This document shows, one piece after another, positions 15,723 to 25,253 of a stretch of 30,259 bases of DNA. Position 1 is the first letter of the stretch. Each line of letters begins with the position of its first letter. A model generated the notes under the pieces. The model made no database searches, was not told the DNA's origin, and worked only from the letters and a program-made list of their open reading frames with translations. The stretch is taken from positions 1 through 30,259 of the IMG/VR virus record IMGVR_UViG_3300034411_000253; one strand, written 5' to 3'. The DNA is from a virus (taxonomy: Duplodnaviria; Caudoviricetes). The position numbers and the translations under genes are program-made.

Positions 15723-18700
15723 TTATGGTCCTACAAATCCACCTGATGGAACCACTGTTGGAAATACAGTTGGATCTGATGTACCAGTACCTCCTCTTAG
15801 ATAAAACGGTGGGTCTGCCATTGGAACTTGAGTTAAATTTGTTCCTGGGTTTTGTATAGTTGGTGTTTGGCTAGAAGGAAGGTACGTAACTATAGCACCA
15901 GCATAACCAGTTGGAGTAACACCTGGCCAGTTTTCATTTCGTGTCATTTCTATTTTTAAGTTAACCGCTGCACTAGGTTGAAAATTGTATGTGCCTGTAT
16001 TAGTTGTTGGTGTAGGATTTTTTTCACCTGGGCTAACTCCCTCTGTTATTTGAGTTGAAGTTCTAGAAAGACCTTGTAAAGTAGCGACTCTTTGAAAGGA
16101 ACCAGTAAAACCTGTATTTTGGTTTAAACCAGTACTCGTTTGGTCAAAAACACCATATCCACCTACAGTGGTAGTACCGCTACCTAATGTGCCATCAGGG
16201 TATGTACCTCCGTTTTCAGTGATGGCTCTAACATTACAAAAACCAGGGTTTTGTTTACTAGAGGCAACCCATATACTTATATCGTTTGCTGTCCAGTTTT
16301 GAACTTGACCTTGCCATATAGGTAAATTGGTTGAGCTTGTAATAGTGTTTAGTGATATATCTGACTGAGTCCCTTCATATGCTGGACTTGGATTTCCTTG
16401 TGTGTAAGAAGCATATACTACTTGACCAGTATAGTTAGCTGCCCCAACAGTGTAGCTCATATAGGTATACGTAACAGCTCCAACATCGTCTGTAAGACTA
16501 AAATATAAAGAATAAGAACCTACTTGATGGTAGTTACCAGTAGTACTGTTACCTGAACATACAAATTGTCTATACTTAATAGGGCTTGAGCCCGGTGAAG
16601 CTGTTTGGTTAGCTTGATACACAATGCTTGCAAAATCACTTATATTTCCAGAAGTACCAGAGTTGCCAGGGTAAACGCCCCAATATGTTGTAGTTCCAGA
16701 ATTATCTACATATCTAGCGCCTACAATATCCCAACCGTTGTTACTACTAAAAGTTGCAGAATCACCATTAGTTGGATACCCAATTCCTGATGTTATAGCG
16801 CTACCATTTAAACCTAATGGACTAAGACTACTTGCACCTGAATTTGGATACATACCGACTATTAGCCCTCCGGTATAAGGTATTGTAAAAGGAGGTAGAG
16901 TGTTAATTATAACAGGTGGATCGTTTTGCAATTGTAAAGTTACAGTTTCAAAAGTTTCAACACCACCTAAAGTCCATTTAAGATTAACTTCAAATTTACC
17001 TCTCCACGTAACATCATATAAGTTTGAGTTACTACCACCAGCAAAAAACCCGTTAGGATCATTAGGCCCTTGAGCTGTAGTTATGTTAAAACTACCATCA
17101 CCAACAGCTACTAAACCAAATCTACTTATATAATCTATATTAGTATCTATAGCTTGTGTTGATGGGTTGTAAGAAAAAATATTTACAATAGAACATGAAG
17201 CAGATGTAACTATTTGACCTCCACTTGTTGGAAAAAAGTTACCAGTTATAGTACTACCTACGGCATCATTTTCAGAAAAAGAAACTGTTACGCTTGAAAA
17301 AGTAGATCCATTTATATCACCACTTTCATTTTGTATATCAACATTTAAATCAGATATAAGTTGTGCTGAAGAGGTTTCGTAAAATAACTCTAACTGTGAT
17401 ACAAAAGGAGATGTTTCATAAACAGCTAAACCTAAATTAGCCGGATAAGGATTACTACCTGTAGGTATGGTGTACAGTTGCTCATCTAAACCTACTGGTT
17501 TTCTAGTAGATATTTTAGCTACATAAGGCTTAGTGTTGAAGTTGTATATAGAATACGGGTTAACCTCACCTGGATCTGATGGGATAGGTGTTGTTTCATC
17601 TCCAGTTAAAAGAGGAAATACATCTTTTATTGTCCCAACTAAATCAACTGAGTCAGGTGAGAACGCGGGATCAAATTGTTTTGTTTGAGTTGAAAAATTA
17701 TTTACAACTACTGGAACTATGTTTGTTACTCTAGGAAACATTGTTTCATCAGATGTAAATTGATCTTGTAGTGGACCAACATCCTGCAAGTTTCTAGGTA
17801 CTTTGTTTATGTTGTCAGATATTAATGTTATAAAACCAGTCTCTCCCTCTTCTAATGTAGAGGCTTTAATTGGATAACCGTTTACTATACCAGGTAAATA
17901 AACATTGTAATAATCTTGCTGTTGTTGTTTTACCCCAAACTTGTAAGTATAAAAACCATTTACGTTTATATCGTAAGTAGCACGAGTCATATTTGACGAC
18001 AAATCAGGTTCTGGTTGTTGAAGATCTGGTGTATTAGAAAACAAGTACTTAATGTCTATTTCTTCCTTAGTCTGTATTGTTATATCATATATAGGTGTTG
18101 AGCTAGAAGGTGTTACCGTTACTATATCAGTATAGTCTATGTATTGACCTGACATTTTTTTACCAACTGAAAAACATCTATTATAGTTTGTAGGAAAATT
18201 TTCAAACAAAAGCCCGGTACCATCAGAACGTACGCCAGCAGAACCTAACTTATATTGGTAGTATTTTTTAGGACCAAATAACAACTCCACTTTAACGTTG
18301 AACCCAGGGGTTATAGCACTACCAAAAACTACATTTACGTGAGCTAAACTAACACTTGCAGTATAATCAGAATTAAGTGTTTTTAATATCCAGCCATTAC
18401 CTTCATTAACATACACGTTAAGAGTGTTAGCATTATTTTGAAAGTCAACGGCTTTAATAGAATAAGCAAAAAACGTTGTTGTTAGAGTTGTTGTGTTTGC
18501 GGTAAAGTATTGGTAACTTTCACTTTCAAAAAAAGGATATAAAGCACCAGTACCTGTCCCGCTTGTTCCATCTTCAATGTTTACAGCGTAATACTCTCCT
18601 TGAGCATAAGATCCTGGATAACCTGATGTTAAAGAATTTTCTGGTATTGGTTGAAGATAATTTACCGAAAGCGTATCACCAGGCCAGTTTATGATGTTAC

Positions 18701-20645
18701 CATTAAACTGCAAAGTGTTATAATCAGAGAAAACGTTAGAGCCTGGTTGAGGATCGCCGTTGACATCAAGTAGTCCATCATAGTTAGACAAAACAATATC
18801 TGTTTGTCTACCAAACTTATCCGCTAAAACTATACCAACTTGATAATTTCTATTTTGCTTTAACGAATGCTGTGGATACTCTATAAATTGTTGAGTAGAT
18901 TTATCAGCAACAGAAGCATAATAGTCTAAACCTAACGGTGCAGTATAGCTTTCTACATAATTAGAATATAGTATTCTATTACCACTAGACTCTTGCGCTA
19001 AAGCTCTAACAGGCACTTTGTCAAAAACTCTAGTGGTTTCAGACTGCGGCATTGTTTTTATAGGTTGCTTTGACTGGTAGTTATATTGATATATATTAGT
19101 GTAATTTAAATTACTTATAAAAGCAGCATCAACATCTACTTTCTCTAATATTTGATAAGCCTGCTTATCTGACTCTTTATATATTATCTCTATAGCTTTT
19201 ACCTTATAGTTATTTATTATGTCTATACAGGGAAGTTGAATATTTAACACAGCATTGTTGATACTGTTTTGCATAAACTCAACTACAGTAGTAATAAAAG
19301 CTTGTGTTTCATCATCATTAATAAATTTACCTTGATGTTCAGGAATAAAAACATCTTGACTAAAAGGAGCTACTACTGAGTATTCGTTGTCATCAAACTT
19401 GAACCTGTAGCTAAATCTAACAAATTTGTCTTTTAACAATTCCGGATCTCCATTCCAACCGTTGTAACCTGCTTGTTTTATAACTCTTACAGACATTCCA
19501 TAAGAAGCTGGACTTGTTAAGTTTGTTACTGGCAGAGCATTAGTGTTGCTCCAATTAACGTAAAGATTATTTGTAGTAATAGCATCACTTGTCCAATATC
19601 TAGCTCTTGTGGTTAACTCTCTAAAGTCATTACTAATAGATGCACCTTGTCTCCAGCCACCAGGCTTGACGTTCATTCCGTTAGCATTTGTGTTTGCTTG
19701 AGGTGGATTGTCCCAAAGCGTTGTGCTTTTGAAAAGATTAGAAGTAGCTCCACCAGCGGCTATAATACCATTCCATTGTGCAGTTGTTGGTATTGTAAAC
19801 CCTATAGGCGCTAGACCTCTAGAATCCATTACAGCGTATTTGTTGTATAAAACACCATATGTTACTTCATTTCCTATATACTCATCATAATAACAAAAAG
19901 CACCGTACTCTCCAGTGTCAGCATCTTGCCATGAAGCTAAAGTCTGTGCTTCAACTATTGGATCTCCGTTTCTATATCTAGTCACAGCTAGGTTAGAGTC
20001 GCTAACCTCAAAAATACCTACCGGTACAGTGTCTGGGTCAGCAGCGTTTGTCATTGTAGAAGGATAGGTATCTGTTTCTGGTGTATAATTATTTATAAGA
20101 GGTGCTCTTAAGTTTAAATACTCAGGCGGAAATATTGGTGCAAACTTAGCTACAGAAATTTGATCTTCATTAAAGTAGTAAGTAGAAGGTTGCTCTATAT
20201 TTATTTTTCTAGGTTGATTTCTATTGTCTGTCCAAAACAATAAGTTTTCAACTAAATTAACACCAAGCACTGGGTTTAATGTTGAAAAGTTTAACCAATA
20301 TCCTTCAACTTTTACGTTTGTAGTACTAAGTATAGAATTGTATACTAATATCTGACACAGGGCTGTACTTGGCGCTAATCCAACACCACTCCAGTCTGTT
20401 TTAAAATAGTACACAAGAGAGTTAGCATCATCTACAAAATAACCTATTATTTCACCAGCATCATCATGTTCTTCAGATGTAACTTTGATATTACCTAATA
20501 TAGACTCTAAAGCACCTACATCGCTTGCTTCTGATCTAGAAACAGCTATATTTAAAGCGTCTCTGTATTCGTTATTTGGGATAAGTCTCTCGTCTAAATC
20601 TTTATTCATTTTAGACCTAATGAAACTATTCTTAGCTTCTGCCAT
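15723..20645 (-). CDS. Tail muzzle / stabilisation protein, N-terminal part, with inserted FISUMP and Ig/cadherin-like domains (1640 aa)
   Basis: Starts MAEAKNSFIRSKMNKDLDERLIPNNEYRDALNI and contains LLFWTDNRNQPRKINI, FVRFSYRFKFDDNEYS, GNRILYSNY and SLKQNRNYQVGIVLADKFGR, motifs typical of crAss-like tail stabilisation proteins. C-terminus is G/S/T/N-rich. Confidence 0.75.
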   Translation of the reverse strand: MAEAKNSFIRSKMNKDLDERLIPNNEYRDALNIAVSRSEASDVGALESILGNIKVTSEEHDDAGEIIGYFVDDANSLVYYFKTDWSGVGLAPSTALCQILVYNSILSTTNVKVEGYWLNFSTLNPVLGVNLVENLLFWTDNRNQPRKINIEQPSTYYFNEDQISVAKFAPIFPPEYLNLRAPLINNYTPETDTYPSTMTNAADPDTVPVGIFEVSDSNLAVTRYRNGDPIVEAQTLASWQDADTGEYGAFCYYDEYIGNEVTYGVLYNKYAVMDSRGLAPIGFTIPTTAQWNGIIAAGGATSNLFKSTTLWDNPPQANTNANGMNVKPGGWRQGASISNDFRELTTRARYWTSDAITTNNLYVNWSNTNALPVTNLTSPASYGMSVRVIKQAGYNGWNGDPELLKDKFVRFSYRFKFDDNEYSVVAPFSQDVFIPEHQGKFINDDETQAFITTVVEFMQNSINNAVLNIQLPCIDIINNYKVKAIEIIYKESDKQAYQILEKVDVDAAFISNLNYTNIYQYNYQSKQPIKTMPQSETTRVFDKVPVRALAQESSGNRILYSNYVESYTAPLGLDYYASVADKSTQQFIEYPQHSLKQNRNYQVGIVLADKFGRQTDIVLSNYDGLLDVNGDPQPGSNVFSDYNTLQFNGNIINWPGDTLSVNYLQPIPENSLTSGYPGSYAQGEYYAVNIEDGTSGTGTGALYPFFESESYQYFTANTTTLTTTFFAYSIKAVDFQNNANTLNVYVNEGNGWILKTLNSDYTASVSLAHVNVVFGSAITPGFNVKVELLFGPKKYYQYKLGSAGVRSDGTGLLFENFPTNYNRCFSVGKKMSGQYIDYTDIVTVTPSSSTPIYDITIQTKEEIDIKYLFSNTPDLQQPEPDLSSNMTRATYDINVNGFYTYKFGVKQQQQDYYNVYLPGIVNGYPIKASTLEEGETGFITLISDNINKVPRNLQDVGPLQDQFTSDETMFPRVTNIVPVVVNNFSTQTKQFDPAFSPDSVDLVGTIKDVFPLLTGDETTPIPSDPGEVNPYSIYNFNTKPYVAKISTRKPVGLDEQLYTIPTGSNPYPANLGLAVYETSPFVSQLELFYETSSAQLISDLNVDIQNESGDINGSTFSSVTVSFSENDAVGSTITGNFFPTSGGQIVTSASCSIVNIFSYNPSTQAIDTNIDYISRFGLVAVGDGSFNITTAQGPNDPNGFFAGGSNSNLYDVTWRGKFEVNLKWTLGGVETFETVTLQLQNDPPVIINTLPPFTIPYTGGLIVGMYPNSGASSLSPLGLNGSAITSGIGYPTNGDSATFSSNNGWDIVGARYVDNSGTTTYWGVYPGNSGTSGNISDFASIVYQANQTASPGSSPIKYRQFVCSGNSTTGNYHQVGSYSLYFSLTDDVGAVTYTYMSYTVGAANYTGQVVYASYTQGNPSPAYEGTQSDISLNTITSSTNLPIWQGQVQNWTANDISIWVASSKQNPGFCNVRAITENGGTYPDGTLGSGTTTVGGYGVFDQTSTGLNQNTGFTGSFQRVATLQGLSRTSTQITEGVSPGEKNPTPTTNTGTYNFQPSAAVNLKIEMTRNENWPGVTPTGYAGAIVTYLPSSQTPTIQNPGTNLTQVPMADPPFYLRGGTGTSDPTVFPTVVPSGGFVGP

Positions 20646-20648
20646 GTA

Positions 20649-21914
20649 TTATGATTTTATCCATTTAGATTTACCTCGCATCACTTGAACTATCTCGTCA
20701 AGTTTTATATTAGATAATCTTATTTTAGCATTTCTTAATTTAGAACTTTTTTCTCTTCTTAATCTTTGAACTATGTATTCAGGTTGGTTTATTCTAGTGG
20801 ATATAAGAGCATGTAGTATATAAGCATACATTGCGTCTTCAGCCATTTTAGGTATTCTACTATCTAAATCAAAAGCTAGTCCATCTGAGATATACTCTAG
20901 CACTATTATTTTACCAACTAAATTGCTTGAAAAAGAAATTTTACCTTCTCTTTCATTCATGTTAAACCACCCGTTCATTTGAGAATATTGAGGATCCATT
21001 CCGTACATTCTTCCGTAACCAGATCCAATATTACTACCTAAGTCACCCCAATTGTAAGCCCACATATCGTTTGTAAACTCATTAGTAAAATTACCATCAA
21101 TAAAATCAGTGTTAGCATTGTGCCATCTTTCTTGTGTTATAGATGTTCCCTCTATGTCATTACCCCATTGATCCTGAGTTGGTATACCTGCTGAGTCTTG
21201 AGCTTGAGTGTAATAAGGACTAGTTGTTAAGTTGTTAGCTGGGTATATAGGCCTTTTAACACCTAACTCATCTATCCAAGACATGCTTACGTAATTAACA
21301 TAATCTTGAGGTAATATTAATGTAAGTTCATTTGGTATAGTTAGTTCAGCTTTTTTTATACTTTTTAAAGTATCATAACTAAACTCCTGCATTGCTCTTT
21401 TAGTGTGGAATATTACATCTGTTCTTTTAGCGTTTGGTATTAATTTACCTTGCCCTATGTACCCTACTAAAAAATTACTAACAATATCATTTAGTTTAAT
21501 GTATTGATATCCTCCATAATTATCTTCTACTGTTTGTCCATATGCTTTTTCAGACTCCGTGTTAGCGTACTTACCACCACTCAGTGTTGTTAACTGAACA
21601 ACTATAAAAGCATTAGCTAAAGGAGATGCTGTTAAAGATATAGTCTTACCATCAGTAACTACTATCTCTGTAACCCATTGACTCCAAGTGCCAGCTAAAC
21701 CACTTTGACTTGTGTAAACTTTAAAATTGTTTAGACCATAATCGGGATCACTAGGATTCCAACTAGTAGAGCTTCCTAATATTAAGTCTGTATCAAAGTC
21801 TGTTGTAAATTTTTGATTAGGTGCTAATGATCCAGCTCTAAAGTCTTGTGTTCCTTGATAATACTGTTGAGAATTTTCAGTTATTGATCCGTTATTAGTA
21901 GGTTGTATAGCCAT
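20649..21914 (-). CDS. Tail ring / adaptor protein (tubular protein A-like), 421 aa
   Basis: Position between head genes and muzzle. Motifs LPQDYVNYV and IVLEYISDGL resemble crAss-like ring proteins; it has an extra N-terminal beta domain. Confidence 0.6.
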   Translation of the reverse strand: MAIQPTNNGSITENSQQYYQGTQDFRAGSLAPNQKFTTDFDTDLILGSSTSWNPSDPDYGLNNFKVYTSQSGLAGTWSQWVTEIVVTDGKTISLTASPLANAFIVVQLTTLSGGKYANTESEKAYGQTVEDNYGGYQYIKLNDIVSNFLVGYIGQGKLIPNAKRTDVIFHTKRAMQEFSYDTLKSIKKAELTIPNELTLILPQDYVNYVSMSWIDELGVKRPIYPANNLTTSPYYTQAQDSAGIPTQDQWGNDIEGTSITQERWHNANTDFIDGNFTNEFTNDMWAYNWGDLGSNIGSGYGRMYGMDPQYSQMNGWFNMNEREGKISFSSNLVGKIIVLEYISDGLAFDLDSRIPKMAEDAMYAYILHALISTRINQPEYIVQRLRREKSSKLRNAKIRLSNIKLDEIVQVMRGKSKWIKS

Positions 21915-21920
21915 TATATA

Positions 21921-22853
21921 TTAGTTTCTTTCGTTTTGTGCTTCTTGAGCGATTTCACTAGCAGCGGCTTGAACGATACTTGGGTCTTTTATTACAACTC
22001 CAGCATAAAGCAAAATTTGCAAAACAACGTTTGTTTGTTCTGTAATATCTAATTGAAAATCAACTGAAGTAGAAGGATCCCATATGTATGTGTAATCAGG
22101 CGCTGATGATGTAAAGTTCCAAACAACATCCGCTGGTTTTTTAACGTAAGTAGCTTGTACGTTAGAGTTTATTGATTGAGGATATATAGTTATCTTATTG
22201 TCCTCGTATAGGTAAACTGGAAAGTAACTTGAAGGTTTAGTTATTGTAGATAAATTTAATTGAGCTAACTCATTTCTTTGAACAACTTCAACCTCTTTGT
22301 CATCATTATAAATAACAGTACCTAATTTGTAAAAATCTAAAGGATATAATGTTATAACTATATTTACACCCACAGCTAAAGCTCCTGCTGTTAAATTGAA
22401 GTTACCACCTGTTATGTTGTAGTTAGTATATACAACACCGTTAACAGTCACAACCACTTGGCTTTGTTCAACTTGAGCCTGAGTTATAGTTGTTAAGGGG
22501 TATGATATATTGTTTAATATTCCTGTTAAGTTTTGAGTTCCAGTAGCTGCTCCTGAAGATGTTGGAGTTGTAAAGAAACCTGGCTGTGTAGTAGTTGGCG
22601 CTGTGTACGCGCAAGTGCCTATGGTTTTAAAAACGTCAAGTTTTTCTTGCACACTTTTATATCTGTTACCGTATTCACTTTCGTTTTGCGGCACTCGTAG
22701 TTGTTGGTTTATAGTTTCAAAATAAGTATCAACTATATCAAGTTGTACTTGAGTAGCTAGCTTGTTAAATTCATTAGGTGTAAGATAACCTCTTTGCTCC
22801 TTATTTATTATCAACAAGACTGTTTTATAAACTTGATCTACGTTTATTGCCAT
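21921..22853 (-). CDS. Tail ring / head-tail connector protein, 310 aa
   Basis: Motifs NKEQRGYLTPNEFN, PLDFYKLG, KITIYP and YVKKP, plus synteny with the connector module. Confidence 0.6.
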   Translation of the reverse strand: MAINVDQVYKTVLLIINKEQRGYLTPNEFNKLATQVQLDIVDTYFETINQQLRVPQNESEYGNRYKSVQEKLDVFKTIGTCAYTAPTTTQPGFFTTPTSSGAATGTQNLTGILNNISYPLTTITQAQVEQSQVVVTVNGVVYTNYNITGGNFNLTAGALAVGVNIVITLYPLDFYKLGTVIYNDDKEVEVVQRNELAQLNLSTITKPSSYFPVYLYEDNKITIYPQSINSNVQATYVKKPADVVWNFTSSAPDYTYIWDPSTSVDFQLDITEQTNVVLQILLYAGVVIKDPSIVQAAASEIAQEAQNERN

Positions 22854-22869
22854 TTTAATTTGTTTATTA

Positions 22870-22902
22870 TAATATAGGCCCGAGTGAACGAGCCCTATAT
22901 TA
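22870..22902 (-). promoter_or_regulatory. Intergenic stem-loop without U tract
   Basis: Minus strand reads TAATATAGGGCTCG-TTCACT-CGGGCCTATATTA, a stem of about 13 bp with one bulge and one G-U pair. Confidence 0.55.
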
Positions 22903-22912
22903 GTATTACATG

Positions 22913-23677
22913 TTATTTAAACTTTTTCTCGATAGACTTGTATATTTCTACTCCTTCATCAGTCTTCAAGAAAGCAGCAAATGCTGCGTATGGATTTTCA
23001 TCAAATGGTACAGTCATTAATTTTCTACCATTACTAGCCCAAGTAAACACGCGTTGATCTTGTGATAACTTTATTATTCTAGCTTCTGTGGCTTTTATAC
23101 CAAAATTTCTTAATTGTACATTTTCATCGTTCGCCAACTCCATAAATAATTGTGGATTAGATTTAGCAAACATTAGTAAATCTCTTTTTATTTCTTTAGA
23201 ACTTAGCTTGTTTATGCTAGTTCCTATTTCAACTCTCAACACAGCTTCAGCCTGATCTATATCCATATCTCTAGCTGCTAAAAGTGCTTGTATTTCCCAC
23301 TCCATCCACTGTAGTTCATTAACAGCGTTTTCTTGTGGTTTTAATTCTTTAAACCTATGACCTGATAAAGGGTGGTATAAAGATAATAGTTTTTGTAAGT
23401 TTTGTTTTTCCTTTGGAACAGCTAAAACACCGTCTCTAAAAGTTATATGACCCATTGTTGATTCTCCTTTGTGCTCATCTACAAATACAGAAGCTTGGTT
23501 TGTAGCGTACTTAAGTTCTCTTTGAGATCCTCTTGATTCGTCAAACCACAATAATGGATGTTTTTTTGTATGCTTACTAGGTATTGTATAAGTCAATGGT
23601 GACTCGTTACCTGTTAGATAGTAATTTCTATCTTTTATTTCCCACTCAGTAGGTTTAGTTTGTTTCTTTGTTGACAT
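22913..23677 (-). CDS. Conserved hypothetical protein downstream of the major capsid gene, 254 aa
   Basis: Intact ORF with an AT-rich initiation region, in the post-capsid position of crAss-like genomes. No motif recognised. Confidence 0.75.
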   Translation of the reverse strand: MSTKKQTKPTEWEIKDRNYYLTGNESPLTYTIPSKHTKKHPLLWFDESRGSQRELKYATNQASVFVDEHKGESTMGHITFRDGVLAVPKEKQNLQKLLSLYHPLSGHRFKELKPQENAVNELQWMEWEIQALLAARDMDIDQAEAVLRVEIGTSINKLSSKEIKRDLLMFAKSNPQLFMELANDENVQLRNFGIKATEARIIKLSQDQRVFTWASNGRKLMTVPFDENPYAAFAAFLKTDEGVEIYKSIEKKFK

Positions 23678-23706
23678 AATATAATATAATTAAATAATTT
23701 ATAAGG

Positions 23707-23747
23707 GTAATTGTTACCCCCGTAGTTACAACGAGGGTAAGAATTAC
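23707..23747 (-). promoter_or_regulatory. Long stem-loop just downstream of the major capsid gene
   Basis: Minus strand reads GTAATT-C-TTACCCTCGT-TGTAACT-ACGGGGGTAA-C-AATTAC, about 16 bp with one C/C mismatch. No clear U run follows. Confidence 0.65.
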
Positions 23748-23759
23748 ATTTGTTGAATC

Positions 23760-25238
23760 TTAGATTCCTTTGAACAATACGAAATTGTTCGCAGCTTGAG
23801 TTACTAAACATCTTTCTGATAAGAAGTTTACTTCCATTGCATCTAAAGATGAAGTAAAAGCACCTCCTACAGAACCAGTTAACCAAGACTTCATACGTCT
23901 GTCGTCAGCTTGTGAAGCTCTATAACGCACGTGTAAGAATGGTCTTCTAATGTTTGTTCCTAAGATTTGATCATATACCGTAGAAGTTCCAGCTGGTACT
24001 AATACACCTTCAATAGATGCAGGTCCAGCAATAGCTCCACGAGTAGAAGCATCGTTTAAGTATTTCCAGTCAGTTTTGTAGAAGTCATAAGAACCTCTTC
24101 TGAAACCAGAGAAACCTAAATTTAATGCCATTTCCTCAGAATTTTCAAATAATCCAAAAGCAGTACCTCCAGCAAATCCACCTGAGATAGAAGCAAGCAT
24201 ATCATCAAAATCAAGAGCAGTAGCTCTGTTTAAGAATAACATGTTTTCTTCAATAGCTCCTTGAGTATCTAAGTTTTTAAGTATTGCATCAAAAGCATCT
24301 AATCCAGCAGCAGCTGTAAATCCAGTTTGTACATTACCTCTCTGACTGATAGCAGAGAATAAACCTTGAGAACCACCACTTTGATTTGTCAATGCAGCAG
24401 GTCCACCAGCACTTAATTCTCCTTCAACCATTGCCATTTCTAAGTAATCTTCAAAACGTAAACGAGTTTCAGATTCAGCTTTTAAATACCATAGGTATCC
24501 TCCAGTTCCATCTTCAGTAGCAACTTCTACCCAACCGATCTGAGCAGTGTCAGAACCATTGATAGTATAAGTACTTCTAATAATTATTGGAGAGTTTGAG
24601 AATTGAGTAAAGCTAGGATCTACAGTAACCATAGGGTTAGCATTAGCAGCGTAAGTATTTGCTCCTACAGCTGCGTTTGCAGTTGAAGTTCCTTTCTGAA
24701 AATCAGAACCGTAAACAAATATCTTTTTTCCAGCACCATCAGCAATACCAGCAGCAGCTAAATTAGCAAAACCATAAGGCTCTACAACTAACTGTCCTGG
24801 ATTACCTCCTCCACCTGCTAAGCGAGTGTCAGAAGTTCTAACGAAACATTTTGCTTCACCACCGAATTGATCCATTACAACTATTGTTGCACCTGGAGAA
24901 ATTACGTTAACGATTGGCACAGCAGCACCTGCAGCTGTAACAGGAATTGTAATTGTTCCTGCTCCAGAAGCTGACGTACAGTCATTGTAAGCAATGTGTA
25001 ATCTATTTTGTTCAGACCAAATTACTTGATCAGATGTCATTGGCATTTCAGCGCCAACCATTCTTAAAAATCCTGATAACGTTCTGTTACCATATCTTTC
25101 TACCTCTGCTTCGTAAAGCTCTGGTAGGTATTGTTGTGAGAAATCGTTTTGTCCACCTGTAAAATTTAGGTAGTTGTTTGCCAACGTTTGTTGTTGTTGA
25201 CTAGGTACGATTGAACCAAATTGCGGAGCAATTGCCAT
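23760..25238 (-). CDS. Major capsid protein, 492 aa
   Basis: Follows the portal and scaffold genes, has a size typical of crAss-like MCPs and strong T/A-ending codon bias, and is followed by a stem-loop. Motifs VIWSEQNRLH, RFEDYLEMAMVEGE and C-terminal HK97-like FLSERCLVTQAANNFVLF. Confidence 0.88.
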   Translation of the reverse strand: MAIAPQFGSIVPSQQQQTLANNYLNFTGGQNDFSQQYLPELYEAEVERYGNRTLSGFLRMVGAEMPMTSDQVIWSEQNRLHIAYNDCTSASGAGTITIPVTAAGAAVPIVNVISPGATIVVMDQFGGEAKCFVRTSDTRLAGGGGNPGQLVVEPYGFANLAAAGIADGAGKKIFVYGSDFQKGTSTANAAVGANTYAANANPMVTVDPSFTQFSNSPIIIRSTYTINGSDTAQIGWVEVATEDGTGGYLWYLKAESETRLRFEDYLEMAMVEGELSAGGPAALTNQSGGSQGLFSAISQRGNVQTGFTAAAGLDAFDAILKNLDTQGAIEENMLFLNRATALDFDDMLASISGGFAGGTAFGLFENSEEMALNLGFSGFRRGSYDFYKTDWKYLNDASTRGAIAGPASIEGVLVPAGTSTVYDQILGTNIRRPFLHVRYRASQADDRRMKSWLTGSVGGAFTSSLDAMEVNFLSERCLVTQAANNFVLFKGI

Positions 25239-25253
25239 AATTTTAATTTTTAA

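Noticed and set aside
19477-20033. Complete diversity-generating retroelement
   Set aside because: No reverse transcriptase ORF and no second copy (template repeat) of the FISUMP 3' region were seen in this window; one could lie elsewhere in the genome.
23635-23886. Alternate-frame 83-aa ORF overlapping the MCP end as a T7 10B-like frameshift extension
   Set aside because: No slippery heptamer seen near the MCP end. The sequence is Cys-rich and non-protein-like, and it runs through the hairpin into the next gene.
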